A stretch of 64,000 nucleotides of DNA from Bacilli bacterium (GCA_045600465.1 JAZRXY010000020.1:2396-66395), one strand, 5' to 3'; positions 18,202-27,902 are shown, counted from the first letter of the stretch. Numbers and translations: made by a program. The notes: a model not told the origin generated them from the sequence alone.

Positions 18202-18317
18202 AAAAAACGAGTTTTATTAAGAAAGCATTATTAACAATTAAGATGTCGTTTACAAATTATTTGGCTGACGTAGTTGTTGCTATCATTAACAAAAAGATAT
18301 CAACTACTCACTCATAA
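18198..18317 (+). CDS. Candidate small ORF (39 aa), not in the ORF track
   Basis: MKKTSFIKKALLTIKMSFTNYLADVVVAIINKKISTTHS. The SD-like GGTGGA lies 4 nt upstream of the ATG. Confidence 0.3.
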   Translation: MKKTSFIKKALLTIKMSFTNYLADVVVAIINKKISTTHS

Positions 18318-18341
18318 ATAAAATGTAAGGGGGAGCACAGA

Positions 18342-18554
18342 ATGGATGGTTTAGGACAAAGAATTAGGAAGCTTAGAATAGCTAAGCACCTAACACAAAA
18401 AGAACTAGCAAGAAAGTTGTTTGTTACGGACAAAGCTATTTCAAAATGGGAAGGAAATAGAGGAGATCCGAGTTTGCAATTATTAGTAGCTTTATCTGAA
18501 ATCTTTGAAATTAGTATTGATGAATTATTACTTGGTAAAAAATATCAAAAATAA
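18342..18554 (+). CDS. XRE-family helix-turn-helix transcriptional regulator (70 aa)
   Basis: LRIAKHLTQKELARKLFVTDKAISKWEGNRGDPSLQLLVALSEIFEISIDELL is a classic Cro/CI HTH. RBS AAGGGGGA. Confidence 0.85.
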   Translation: MDGLGQRIRKLRIAKHLTQKELARKLFVTDKAISKWEGNRGDPSLQLLVALSEIFEISIDELLLGKKYQK

Positions 18555-18576
18555 AAGCCTTCGGAAAGGCTTTTAT
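18553..18576. terminator. Bidirectional intrinsic terminator
   Basis: AAAAGCCTT-cgga-AAGGCTTTT between convergent genes. Confidence 0.75.
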
Positions 18577-19677
18577 TTACATTTCTTCTAATTTATAATC
18601 AAGTGCTTCAGCAACATTTTTGTTAACACATTTACCGCAATAGATGTTAACGCCATTTTTAATGCCACTATTTAATCTGATAGCTTTTTCTAAACCATTA
18701 TCAGCAATCATTAGTCCATATTTAATAGTAGTGTTTGCTAGGGCGATTGTTGAAGTATGAGGTACAGCACCAGGCATGTTACCAACACAATAGTGAACAA
18801 TACCTTGCTCAATAAAGATTGGGTTATCGTGAGTTGTTACATGGCTTGATTCAGCACAACCGCCTTGGTCAATAGCAATATCAACAATGACTGCGCCTTT
18901 TTTCATTAACTTTAAATATTCTTTTTTGATTAGATGAGGAGTTTTTCCACCAGGAATTAGAACAGAACCAATAACTAGATCAGCGGTTGCTAATTCTTTC
19001 TTAATATTTGTATCTGTGGAATATAAAGTAGTAACAGATGCCCCAAAGATATCTTCTAGATAAGCAAGTCTATTTGGATTTACATCAAGTAGAGTAACCT
19101 TAGCATCAATACCTACTGCAGCTTTAGCAGCATATGTACCAGCTGTTCCACCACCTAAGATAACAATTTTCCCTCGTTCAACACCAGGGACTCCTCCTAG
19201 TAATACACCTCTACCACCAAATTCTTTTTCTAGATATTTAGCTCCTTCTTGAATAGAAAGTCTACCTGCAATTTGGCTCATAGGTCTTAGACAAGGTAAG
19301 TTGTTATTTTCGTCAGTAATTGTTTCGAACGCAACTGCTTTAACACCTTTTTTTATTAAGACATCTGCTAAAGGTTTATTAGCGGCTAAGTGCAAGTAAG
19401 TATAAAGAATTTGGTCTTTATGAAGTAAATCATATTCGCATTCTTCAGGTTCTTTTACTTTGACAATCATTTCTGCTTTATCGAAAACTTCTTTTGCTGT
19501 TTTTAGGATTTTTGCGCCAGCATTAATGTAGTCATTATCTTCAAAACCCGCGCCAACACCAGCATTTGTTTCAATATAGACTTGATGTCCATGGCTTACG
19601 TAAGCAGCAACGTTATCAGGGGTTAAACCTACACGATATTCATGGTTTTTAAGTTCTTTACTACATCCAATAATCAT
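18577..19677 (-). CDS. ald: Alanine dehydrogenase
   Basis: MIIGCSKELKNHEYRVGLTP N-terminus and NAD motif ILGGGTAGTYAA. Start set to ATG 19677. Confidence 0.9.
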   Translation of the reverse strand: MIIGCSKELKNHEYRVGLTPDNVAAYVSHGHQVYIETNAGVGAGFEDNDYINAGAKILKTAKEVFDKAEMIVKVKEPEECEYDLLHKDQILYTYLHLAANKPLADVLIKKGVKAVAFETITDENNNLPCLRPMSQIAGRLSIQEGAKYLEKEFGGRGVLLGGVPGVERGKIVILGGGTAGTYAAKAAVGIDAKVTLLDVNPNRLAYLEDIFGASVTTLYSTDTNIKKELATADLVIGSVLIPGGKTPHLIKKEYLKLMKKGAVIVDIAIDQGGCAESSHVTTHDNPIFIEQGIVHYCVGNMPGAVPHTSTIALANTTIKYGLMIADNGLEKAIRLNSGIKNGVNIYCGKCVNKNVAEALDYKLEEM

Positions 19678-19783
19678 ATTAATTCCTTCTTTCAAAAAGA
19701 TTGTTATTTAAATGCAATTATACTCTTTCTTGATACAAAGTATCAATATTTTTTTATTATTGTGAATTGTGATATAATAAATA

Positions 19784-20365
19784 ATGGTGATGCAAATGGA
19801 TGTTAAAAACATTGATTACGCTTATTTTAGCATTGGTAATAGCGATGAGTTAACTGAATTTTCCTATGCAAGAAAAGAAGGCTATTTTGAATTTCAACCT
19901 CCCTATCAAGGACTAGGAGAACATATGTTACCTAATGTTAAAAAAAGAGATATCGAAGAAGTTGAATATATTTTAAAAAACGTCATTGATTACACTAATG
20001 AATTAGAAGACTTTTTTAGTGATGATAAGATTGATGAAAACGATACAGCGCAATATCATTGGGAAATTGTTTTTAAAACAAAAAATAAAGAAGTAAAACA
20101 TCTTAAATTTATCCCTGAATCAATTAAAAACTCTGATGAATTTGAGGAATATTTAATCGACAATTGCAGATTAACAAAAGCAGAATTCTTAGAAGAAATT
20201 GAACATTATTTTAAAGAATATAGGGTTGATACTACTACAGTAAATTATGAGGATTTGCATTATCAAGCTCTGCTTGAACATTTGTACAATATGCACCCAG
20301 AAGTAACACTCGCTATTGAGCGCATAATGTGGTATTGGAATTTGGAGATTTATTCAAAAGATTAA
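19784..20365 (+). CDS. Hypothetical acidic cytoplasmic protein
   Basis: A 193-codon ORF with codon usage like its neighbours. No motif recognised. Confidence 0.5.
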   Translation: MVMQMDVKNIDYAYFSIGNSDELTEFSYARKEGYFEFQPPYQGLGEHMLPNVKKRDIEEVEYILKNVIDYTNELEDFFSDDKIDENDTAQYHWEIVFKTKNKEVKHLKFIPESIKNSDEFEEYLIDNCRLTKAEFLEEIEHYFKEYRVDTTTVNYEDLHYQALLEHLYNMHPEVTLAIERIMWYWNLEIYSKD

Positions 20366-20477
20366 ATATGAAAACCTTATCAAAAAAGAAGAAAATATTA
20401 ATAAGGATTATTTCTTTATTACTAGCAGTTATTATTGTAGTAGCCTTAGCATTATCAGTTTTATAGGAGGGATGTTT

Positions 20478-21989
20478 ATGGAAACAAAAGAATTATTAAA
20501 AAAATATCAAGAAACCTTAAAAGAACTAGACGTTTATAACACTGCATCATTTATTGTTAGTTTTGATGCAATGACAGATTGCCCTAAGAAAGACAAGGCT
20601 CATTTAATGGATGTTTGTGATCATTTTGAAAAAGTTGTCACCGATAAAATTTTATCTGATGATTATAAAAATATGATCAAAGAATTATACGGGCGCAGGA
20701 ATGAACTTGATGAAGTAGTAAGACTTTCTATTGAGGCAGAGTATAGAGATATTGTTAAATTAGAAAAAGTTCCTAGTGAAGAGTTATACGCTCATATCGA
20801 ACAAGTTTCTAGATGTGGCTTAAGATGGGATGAAGCTAAAAACTCTAAAGATCACAACTTTGATGAATTTGAAAAAGAATTAGAGGCTTTAGTTACTTAT
20901 TACAAAAAATACATTAAGTGGCAAGAAAGTGATACTTTAAAGGGCTATGATATTTTAATTGATGAAATGGAAAGAGGCTACAACGAAAAGAAATTTGATG
21001 CTTTCTTTGATGTCATTGAAAAAGAACTTGTACCATTTGTAAAAGAAGTATTAAAGAAACCTTTACCTTACAATCCAAAATTAGATAACCTTAAATTTGA
21101 TATTAGTAAACAAAAAGAATTAACAAAGAAAATTACATCTATAATGGAATATGATAATAGTGTGGGCTGTGTTAGAGAAACAACGCATCCTTTCACAAAC
21201 TGGATCAACTGTAATGATGTAAGAACAACAACAAGATATGATGAAAAACTATTGTTTTCAAATTTATTCTCAGTCATTCATGAGACTGGACATGCTTTAT
21301 ATCAAATCCATATGGATCCAGCATTCAATGGCTATCGTCTTTTCAATGAAGTAACGTGTATTAGCCATGAATCACAATCAAGATTCTATGAAAACTATTT
21401 AGGTAGATCAAAAGGATTTATTCATTACTTATATCCAATTCTAAAGGAAACATACCCAGAAGAATTAAAAGATATTACTGAAAAAGATATCTACAATTAT
21501 GTTAATGCAGCTAAAGTTCAAACAATTAGATGCGAAGCTGATGAATTAACCTATGCTTTACATGTCTTAATTAGATATAAGGTTGAAAAAGGATTATTCC
21601 ATAATGAAATTGAAGTTAAAGATATTGAAAAAACATTCAATTATTGGATGAAGGAATATCTAGGAATAACACCAAAAGATAAAGCTGATGGTTGTTATCA
21701 AGATGTTCACTGGTCAAGTGACTTTGGTTATTTCCCAACATACGCTGTAGGTAGTGCATATGGCGCTCAATTCATCAAAGCTCTTAAAAAAGATGTTGAT
21801 GTTGAAAAAGAATTATCAAATGGTAATTTTAAAAACATCAATGCTTGGCTAAAGAAAAACATTCATTTCTTTGGTGCAAAAGTTCAAGGTGATGATTTAG
21901 TAGAAAAAGTATGTGGTGAAAAATTTGATCCTATTAACTTTGTTGAATATCTAAAAAATAAATACAGTGAAATATATGATATTAAATAA
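20478..21989 (+). CDS. M32 carboxypeptidase (Taq-type metallocarboxypeptidase)
   Basis: HETGHALY zinc motif, later HESQSRF and DVHWS motifs. ATG 20478 is well spaced from AGGAGG. Confidence 0.85.
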   Translation: METKELLKKYQETLKELDVYNTASFIVSFDAMTDCPKKDKAHLMDVCDHFEKVVTDKILSDDYKNMIKELYGRRNELDEVVRLSIEAEYRDIVKLEKVPSEELYAHIEQVSRCGLRWDEAKNSKDHNFDEFEKELEALVTYYKKYIKWQESDTLKGYDILIDEMERGYNEKKFDAFFDVIEKELVPFVKEVLKKPLPYNPKLDNLKFDISKQKELTKKITSIMEYDNSVGCVRETTHPFTNWINCNDVRTTTRYDEKLLFSNLFSVIHETGHALYQIHMDPAFNGYRLFNEVTCISHESQSRFYENYLGRSKGFIHYLYPILKETYPEELKDITEKDIYNYVNAAKVQTIRCEADELTYALHVLIRYKVEKGLFHNEIEVKDIEKTFNYWMKEYLGITPKDKADGCYQDVHWSSDFGYFPTYAVGSAYGAQFIKALKKDVDVEKELSNGNFKNINAWLKKNIHFFGAKVQGDDLVEKVCGEKFDPINFVEYLKNKYSEIYDIK

Positions 21990-22019
21990 AATAGCAGTTA
22001 TCTGCTATTTTATTTTGTG
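21989..22019. terminator. Intrinsic terminator (shared by convergent genes)
   Basis: ATAGCAG-ttat-CTGCTAT followed by a T-run. It overlaps the stop of the minus-strand gene. Confidence 0.6.
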
Positions 22020-22702
22020 TTATTCTTGTCTCGGATTTTAAAAATTATTATCAAGAAGTATTGAACGATAGTGATTCCTAGGTAAGTTAATATTGCACTA
22101 ACAGCCACTAGGAAGAAACCTTTCTCGGGCATAATTAATCCGAGTATTTCGTTTTTGGATAAAACCCAATTGTAATTATCGAATAGTAGAAAGTGGAAAT
22201 TAATCCAAACAGCATTAAAATCAATTAAAGCATAGAGTAAAGTTGCAAAAATTATAAAAGTAATAACGCTTAAGGAAATAAGCATCGTATTGAAGAATAT
22301 ATTTTTTATTTGCTTTCTATGCATGATTACATAGGCTAGTATAAACAAAAAGGCAAATAAACAAATAACAACAAGAACTCTACCATTTGTAAACATCCTT
22401 TGAACCTCAATCATATGAGCAACAGCTTTATTTGTAAAAGCATAGATAGAGATATCATCAATTGTTTTTACTACCATTTGAAATTCATTGATTTTACCTA
22501 AAGTGAAATCTAAAGTTCTTTCAATTAGCATCTTTAATGTTTCAATATCTAATCTAGAAGTTTCAATTGTAGTTGCATCATAATATCTAGAATAAAATGT
22601 TGGGTTAAAAGCAAAAGGAAAGATGGAAATATATGCGACTAAAATGAAACTTGTTATTGTTAATAAAATCGCTGATAATACTTGTTTAATTTTACCAAAC
22701 AT
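22010..22702 (-). CDS. Integral membrane protein (possibly TIGR01906/DUF1461 type)
   Basis: One N-terminal TM, an extracytoplasmic segment of about 90 aa, then three TM helices. Start at ATG 22702 with SD AGGGGA. The family assignment is tentative. Confidence 0.4.
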   Translation of the reverse strand: MFGKIKQVLSAILLTITSFILVAYISIFPFAFNPTFYSRYYDATTIETSRLDIETLKMLIERTLDFTLGKINEFQMVVKTIDDISIYAFTNKAVAHMIEVQRMFTNGRVLVVICLFAFLFILAYVIMHRKQIKNIFFNTMLISLSVITFIIFATLLYALIDFNAVWINFHFLLFDNYNWVLSKNEILGLIMPEKGFFLVAVSAILTYLGITIVQYFLIIIFKIRDKNNTK

Positions 22703-22796
22703 ATTTTCATCCCCTAACATAAAAAATAATATCACATTTATTATATAAATGAGAACTAATATATGCTATAATCAATGCATAAAGGAAGAAGATAGA

Positions 22797-23582
22797 ATGA
22801 ATAAAAAAATAAAAAACATTAACTATGATTCTAATCAAATTGAACCAGTTATTTATAACGAGGATTCTCCTAACAAAAGTGAAGCGATTAAGGGTTTACT
22901 TCTTGGATTAGGATATTTAACAGTTCTTGTTTATATTCCATATATTATTCTAGGTATAATTTTCCCACCAACAGATGATTTGAGCGCAAACTTATTATCA
23001 TTAATAGCTCAATTAATAACCGGGGTTGCAGTTATTCTTTTAGATGGTGTTATTTCTAGAAGAATGCTACCAACAATTAAGGCTAATATTAATAGAGACA
23101 ATATTAGACAAGGACTTATTACTGCGGTAGTGATGTATTGCTTAGCATTACTTGTGAATGCAGCAGAAATATTAATATTTAAGGATACTGTAAGTTCAGC
23201 AAATCAAGAATTTTTACTAGATTTGGCTAATGATTTTCCAATATTGTTATTTGTCTTTACCGCAATTGTGGCTCCAATAGTAGAGGAAATGATCTTTAGA
23301 TACTACTTATTTGGCACTTTAAGAAAGAAGACTAAATTTATTGTTGCTCTTCTTATTTCAACACTTGCGTTTGCTTTGATTCATTTTACTGCAAGTGCGC
23401 TATCAGGAACGCTATTAGAAGATTTAAAAAGTTTGCCACAATATGTTGTTCCTGCCTTGGCACTAGGGTATTGTTATTATCGTAGCGATAGTATAGTTAC
23501 TCCAATAGTTGCTCATATGTCTTACAATGCATTTAACATATTGGTGGTTCTTATTTCAACAGCGTTTGAACTAGGAGTTTAA
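22797..23582 (+). CDS. CPBP-family intramembrane glutamic endopeptidase (CAAX protease-like)
   Basis: EEMIFRYYLF, FALIHF and AHMSYN motifs. ATG 22797 follows AAGGAAG. Confidence 0.8.
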   Translation: MNKKIKNINYDSNQIEPVIYNEDSPNKSEAIKGLLLGLGYLTVLVYIPYIILGIIFPPTDDLSANLLSLIAQLITGVAVILLDGVISRRMLPTIKANINRDNIRQGLITAVVMYCLALLVNAAEILIFKDTVSSANQEFLLDLANDFPILLFVFTAIVAPIVEEMIFRYYLFGTLRKKTKFIVALLISTLAFALIHFTASALSGTLLEDLKSLPQYVVPALALGYCYYRSDSIVTPIVAHMSYNAFNILVVLISTAFELGV

Positions 23583-23638
23583 GCATTTCTATAGTGTCTA
23601 ATAAACATTAATGATATAATATAGTTGAGGTGAATAAA

Positions 23639-23959
23639 ATGGCACAAAATATTAAAACAGAAGAAGAATTCAATAGATTATTAGAAGAAAATTCAAATGT
23701 TATCATTGATTTCTATGCTGATTGGTGTGGGCCATGTAGAATCATGGAACCAATTATGGAAGAAATTGCTAATGACTATGATGGGAAATATATTATAAGA
23801 AAAATTAATGTAGATGAGATTCCTCATATTGCAAGTGAATTTTTAGTTACATCAATACCTACTTTTATTTTCTTTAAAGATGGTAAAGAAGTTTATCGCG
23901 CAATAGGTGTAAAATCAAAAGGAAATATCCTCGAATATATCGAAAAATATTTTGCTTAA
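23639..23959 (+). CDS. trxA: Thioredoxin
   Basis: WCGPC active site and typical length. ATG 23639 follows GAGGTGA. Confidence 0.9.
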   Translation: MAQNIKTEEEFNRLLEENSNVIIDFYADWCGPCRIMEPIMEEIANDYDGKYIIRKINVDEIPHIASEFLVTSIPTFIFFKDGKEVYRAIGVKSKGNILEYIEKYFA

Positions 23960-24014
23960 TTTTTTACTTGAAGTTACGCGTTAGTTATGATAGTATAATT
24001 ATTGCTAACGCGAT

Positions 24015-24088
24015 GCAGATGTAGTTCAGTGGTAGAACACAACCTTGCCAAGGTTGCTATGCGAGTTCGATTCTCGTCATCTGCTCCA
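24015..24088 (+). tRNA. tRNA-Gly (anticodon GCC)
   Basis: Acceptor GCAGATG/CATCTGC, anticodon stem CAACC/GGTTG with loop TTGCCAA, T-arm GCGAG-TTCGATT-CTCGT, encoded CCA. Confidence 0.85.
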
Positions 24089-24104
24089 TTTTTTTTGCTT
24101 AAAT

Positions 24105-24127
24105 AGGGCTAGTAAAGCCCTTTTTAT
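24105..24127 (+). terminator. Intrinsic terminator after tRNA-Gly
   Basis: AGGGCT-agtaa-AGCCCT followed by TTTTT. Confidence 0.7.
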
Positions 24128-24186
24128 TATTTGAAAAGAAAATAATAAAGTATTATAATACTTTAGTGTTAGGAAGGGCTGAGATT

Positions 24187-25575
24187 ATGGAAGAAAACAG
24201 ACTTGATAAAGAGGCATTGCAGTTTAAAAGAATGACAGAAACTCCTGTCAAGCCTTTAATTTTAAGACTAGCTATTCCTACGATTATATCAATGCTTGTT
24301 ACTGGAATTTACAATACAGCAGATACTTTATTTGTTTCTCAATTAGGTAAGAGTGCAAGTGGAGCAGTTGGTATTGTTTTTGCGCTCAGTTCTATCATTA
24401 GTGCTGTTGGTTTCCTTATTGGTATGGGGGCAGGGAGTATTGTCTCTAGAGAATTAGGAAAAAGAAATAATGATGAAGCAAATAAAGTAGCATCTTGTTC
24501 AATATTATTTGCATTAATCATGTCGATAATTATGGTTATTTTAGGAACAATATTTCTTGATCAAATTGTTAATTTATTAGGTGCTACACCTACAATCTTC
24601 CCATATGCTGTTAGTTATGCAAAATATGTCATTTTCGCAATTCCTTTCATTGTTTTATCATTCGTTTTAAATATCTTATTAAGAAGTGAAGGGAAAGCTA
24701 AGTTTTCTATGGTTGGTCTTACATTTGGTGGAATATTAAATATTGCATTAGACCCACTATTTATTACCACATTTAACCTAGGTACAGCGGGTGCTGCTAT
24801 AGCAACTGGGATTAGCCAAGCTATTTCATTCTTTATTCTTGCTTCATTCTTTGTAAGAAAAAAGAGTGTTATTATAATTTCCTTTAGAGGATTAAAGGGG
24901 TTTTTAAAGAACACATTCAATATTACAAAAGCAGGAGCTCCTAGTTTTTTAAGACAAATACTATCTTGTTTAGCTTCAATCATTTTAAATAACCAATCAG
25001 GCGCTTATGGTGATGCCGCAGTAAGTGCAATGAGTATTGTTACTAAGATATTTATGCTTGTTTTCTGCGTGGTATTAGGCTTTGGCCAGGCTTATCAACC
25101 GGTTGTTGGTTATAACTATGGCGCTAAAAAATGGGGAAGACTTAAAGAGGCGGGAATATTTACCTGGATTCTAGGAACGCTAGGCATGACAACTTTGGGT
25201 GCTGTTTGCTTTGTTATTGCGCCAGATATGATATCATGGTTTATTAACGATGCTGAAGTCATTGAAATTGGGGCGGTAGCTTTAAGAGCACAATGTATTG
25301 CAATGCCACTTGTTACAACTGGTGTTATTTGCAATATGACCTATCAATCAATGGGTAAAAAGCTAGCAGCATCCATTTTTGCTACATTTAGACAGGGAAT
25401 ATTCTTTATTCCAGCTTTATTAATACTACCAAAATATTTTGAACTAGCTGGTGTAGAATATGCGCAAGCGATTGCTGATGTTTTAACATTTGCTATTTGT
25501 CTGCCTTGCCTAATTATATATTTTAGAAACCTTACAAAGAAAGAAACTATCACTAACAAAGTTAGTGGTGTATAA
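24187..25575 (+). CDS. MATE-family efflux transporter
   Basis: Twelve-TM protein with an N-terminal LAIPTIISMLVTGIYNTADTLFVSQLG pattern, typical of the MATE/NorM type. Confidence 0.8.
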   Translation: MEENRLDKEALQFKRMTETPVKPLILRLAIPTIISMLVTGIYNTADTLFVSQLGKSASGAVGIVFALSSIISAVGFLIGMGAGSIVSRELGKRNNDEANKVASCSILFALIMSIIMVILGTIFLDQIVNLLGATPTIFPYAVSYAKYVIFAIPFIVLSFVLNILLRSEGKAKFSMVGLTFGGILNIALDPLFITTFNLGTAGAAIATGISQAISFFILASFFVRKKSVIIISFRGLKGFLKNTFNITKAGAPSFLRQILSCLASIILNNQSGAYGDAAVSAMSIVTKIFMLVFCVVLGFGQAYQPVVGYNYGAKKWGRLKEAGIFTWILGTLGMTTLGAVCFVIAPDMISWFINDAEVIEIGAVALRAQCIAMPLVTTGVICNMTYQSMGKKLAASIFATFRQGIFFIPALLILPKYFELAGVEYAQAIADVLTFAICLPCLIIYFRNLTKKETITNKVSGV

Positions 25576-25595
25576 TAAAAAAAGAGGTGTTAGTT

Positions 25596-26834
25596 ATGAA
25601 TAAGAGCGAATTTATTAAAAGAAGACAAAAAATAAGCGAACAAATGAAAAATAACGAAGTCGTTATTCTTTTTGCTGGACATGCTCCAAGGAAATCAGCC
25701 GATGAAACATATGAGTTTACACCAAATAGGAACTTCTATTATTTAACAGGTGATGACGAAGAAAATGATATCTTACTTATCACAAAATTCAACAACAAGG
25801 TAAGTGAAGTCTTATTTGTTGCTAGATATGATGAATATGTAGCAAAGTGGTTTGGTGAAACTTACTCTAAAGAAGAGGCAAGTAAAATGAGCGGAATCAA
25901 CTCAATTATGAATCTTGATGAATTTGAGGGAATGATTGGTATTCTTGCAACAACAAACACTTTATATCTTGATTTAGAAAGACAAAGTTTCAATGAAGAA
26001 TTTAGTGTTGCTCAAGAATTTGCTCGTAAGGTAAAAGAAAAATATCCTGCAATTGAAATTGCTAACATCTACAATGCAATTTGCAGCTTAAGAATGGCAA
26101 AAAGTGAAGCAGAATTAGAAGAAATTAGACACGCTATTGCAATTACTAACAAGGCTTTCTTAAATCTATTAGATCATGCTAAAGAATCAATTGGTAAGAA
26201 AGAAAGTTATCTAGAAGCTTACTTTGATTTAACAATTAAGCAAGAAGGAGCTAGTGACTTTGCTTTTGATACAATTGCAGCGGGTGGTAAAAATGCTTGT
26301 GTCTTACATTATCGTGCTAATAACTCGGAATTAAAAGATGGCGATTTAGTTCTATTTGATATGGGTGCTGAATATAACTATTACAAATCAGATATCACTA
26401 GAACATTCCCATTAAATGGTAAATTTAGTGATAAACAAAAGAAAATTTATGAAATTGTTTTAGAAGGTCAAAAGGTAATTGAAAGAAAAGCAAGAGCTGG
26501 ATTATCTTGTGCAGATCTTAACCAAGAATTAATTAAATATTACATTCCAGAACTTAAAAAACTTGGTTTAATCCATACAGATGAGGAATATTTCAAGTAT
26601 TATTTCCATGGATGTTCACATCCAATTGGACTAGATACTCATGATGCGATGGTTAGAACACTTCCTTTGCCAGTTGGCGCAGTTATTTCTAATGAACCAG
26701 GCTTATACATTCCAGAATGGAATATTGGAATTAGAATCGAAGATGATTTACTAATTAAAGAAGATGGTTGTGAAGTATTATCAAGAGATATTATTAAGAC
26801 AGTAAAAGATATTGAGGATTACATGAATAAATAA
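25596..26834 (+). CDS. Xaa-Pro aminopeptidase (M24B)
   Basis: DMGAEYNYYKSDITRTF, HGCSHPIGLDTHD, EPGLY and IRIEDD metal-ligand motifs. Confidence 0.85.
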   Translation: MNKSEFIKRRQKISEQMKNNEVVILFAGHAPRKSADETYEFTPNRNFYYLTGDDEENDILLITKFNNKVSEVLFVARYDEYVAKWFGETYSKEEASKMSGINSIMNLDEFEGMIGILATTNTLYLDLERQSFNEEFSVAQEFARKVKEKYPAIEIANIYNAICSLRMAKSEAELEEIRHAIAITNKAFLNLLDHAKESIGKKESYLEAYFDLTIKQEGASDFAFDTIAAGGKNACVLHYRANNSELKDGDLVLFDMGAEYNYYKSDITRTFPLNGKFSDKQKKIYEIVLEGQKVIERKARAGLSCADLNQELIKYYIPELKKLGLIHTDEEYFKYYFHGCSHPIGLDTHDAMVRTLPLPVGAVISNEPGLYIPEWNIGIRIEDDLLIKEDGCEVLSRDIIKTVKDIEDYMNK

Positions 26835-26836
26835 CT

Positions 26837-27898
26837 ATGGAAAGAATTGAGAAATTACAAGAATTAATGAAAAGTGAAAATGTAAAGCAAGTTATTGTTT
26901 ACGATCACGATTCTATTTATTATCTTGTTGGGGTAAAAACAAGCCCTACCATTTGCTTACAAGCATTAGTTGTTAATCAAGAAGGATTACCAAAACTATT
27001 CTTCTATTCTATTCAAAGATACGAGTTTAGATATCCTAATATAACCAGTGTTGAGTTATGCCCATATGATAGATATACTTCCCCTGAAAAGTGCTTGTTG
27101 TCGTACGCTGCTTCTGAAGTAAATGTTGATCCAAACTTCCCAAGTGAAATGACAAAACACTTAGAAAGTCATGGTAAGAAAGTAAATATCGATAACTTAG
27201 TTTATAGAATGAGAAGATGTAAAGATGAAGAGGAACTCGCTTGTATTAGGGAGGCTTCTAGATTATCAGATGAGGTCATGAAATACGCCAAGAGTCTACT
27301 TGTCCCTGGTGTTAGTGAAAATGAAGTTGCAAAAAAAGTCGTCCAATACATTCAAGCATTACCAGATTGTAAATTATCGTTCAAACCATTCATCATGTTT
27401 GATGAATCATGCAGTTACAATAGAATGGGTTCAAATAGAATTCTAACTGATAAATCTTATGTCATGATGGATTTAGGGGTAATGTATAAACAATATCATG
27501 CAGATACAACTAGAATGTTCTTTCATCGTTGCAATAAAGAACAAATTGATTTGTATTTAAAATGTTGCTCAATTGTTGAAGAAATTGAAAAGAACCTAAA
27601 ACCTGGGATTACTTATGGGGATGTTGATAAAATAACAATGAGAATGCTAAAAGAATATGGCTTAGATAACAACATTTTCTTCCATACAGGTCATGGTGTA
27701 GGGCTAGCAATTCACGAATATGATTATGTTGCTAGTTATAGTGATGTAAAACTTAAAAAAGGCAATGTCTTCAGCATCGAGCCAGGCTGCTATTTCGTTG
27801 GTGAAAAGGGCGCTAGATGCGAAGATTTAATAGCAATTAGTGATACTGGTTGCGAAGTATTTAACAAATTAGACAAATATGACATGTATTTAGATTAG
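26837..27898 (+). CDS. M24-family Xaa-Pro dipeptidase-like metallopeptidase
   Basis: MDLGVMYKQYHADTTRMF, HTGHGVGLAIHE, SIEPGCY and ARCEDL motifs. Confidence 0.8.
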   Translation: MERIEKLQELMKSENVKQVIVYDHDSIYYLVGVKTSPTICLQALVVNQEGLPKLFFYSIQRYEFRYPNITSVELCPYDRYTSPEKCLLSYAASEVNVDPNFPSEMTKHLESHGKKVNIDNLVYRMRRCKDEEELACIREASRLSDEVMKYAKSLLVPGVSENEVAKKVVQYIQALPDCKLSFKPFIMFDESCSYNRMGSNRILTDKSYVMMDLGVMYKQYHADTTRMFFHRCNKEQIDLYLKCCSIVEEIEKNLKPGITYGDVDKITMRMLKEYGLDNNIFFHTGHGVGLAIHEYDYVASYSDVKLKKGNVFSIEPGCYFVGEKGARCEDLIAISDTGCEVFNKLDKYDMYLD

Positions 27899-27902
27899 TA
27901 CT

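Noticed and set aside
24615-24983. Long antisense ORFs inside well-supported genes (also 8775..9140, 12810..13151, 30947..31228, 36736..37047, 41390..41644, 4617..4904 and others)
   Set aside because: They lie opposite conserved coding sequence. Their low-complexity translations have no motifs, and their starts have no RBS. This is the usual by-product of codon periodicity on the complementary strand.
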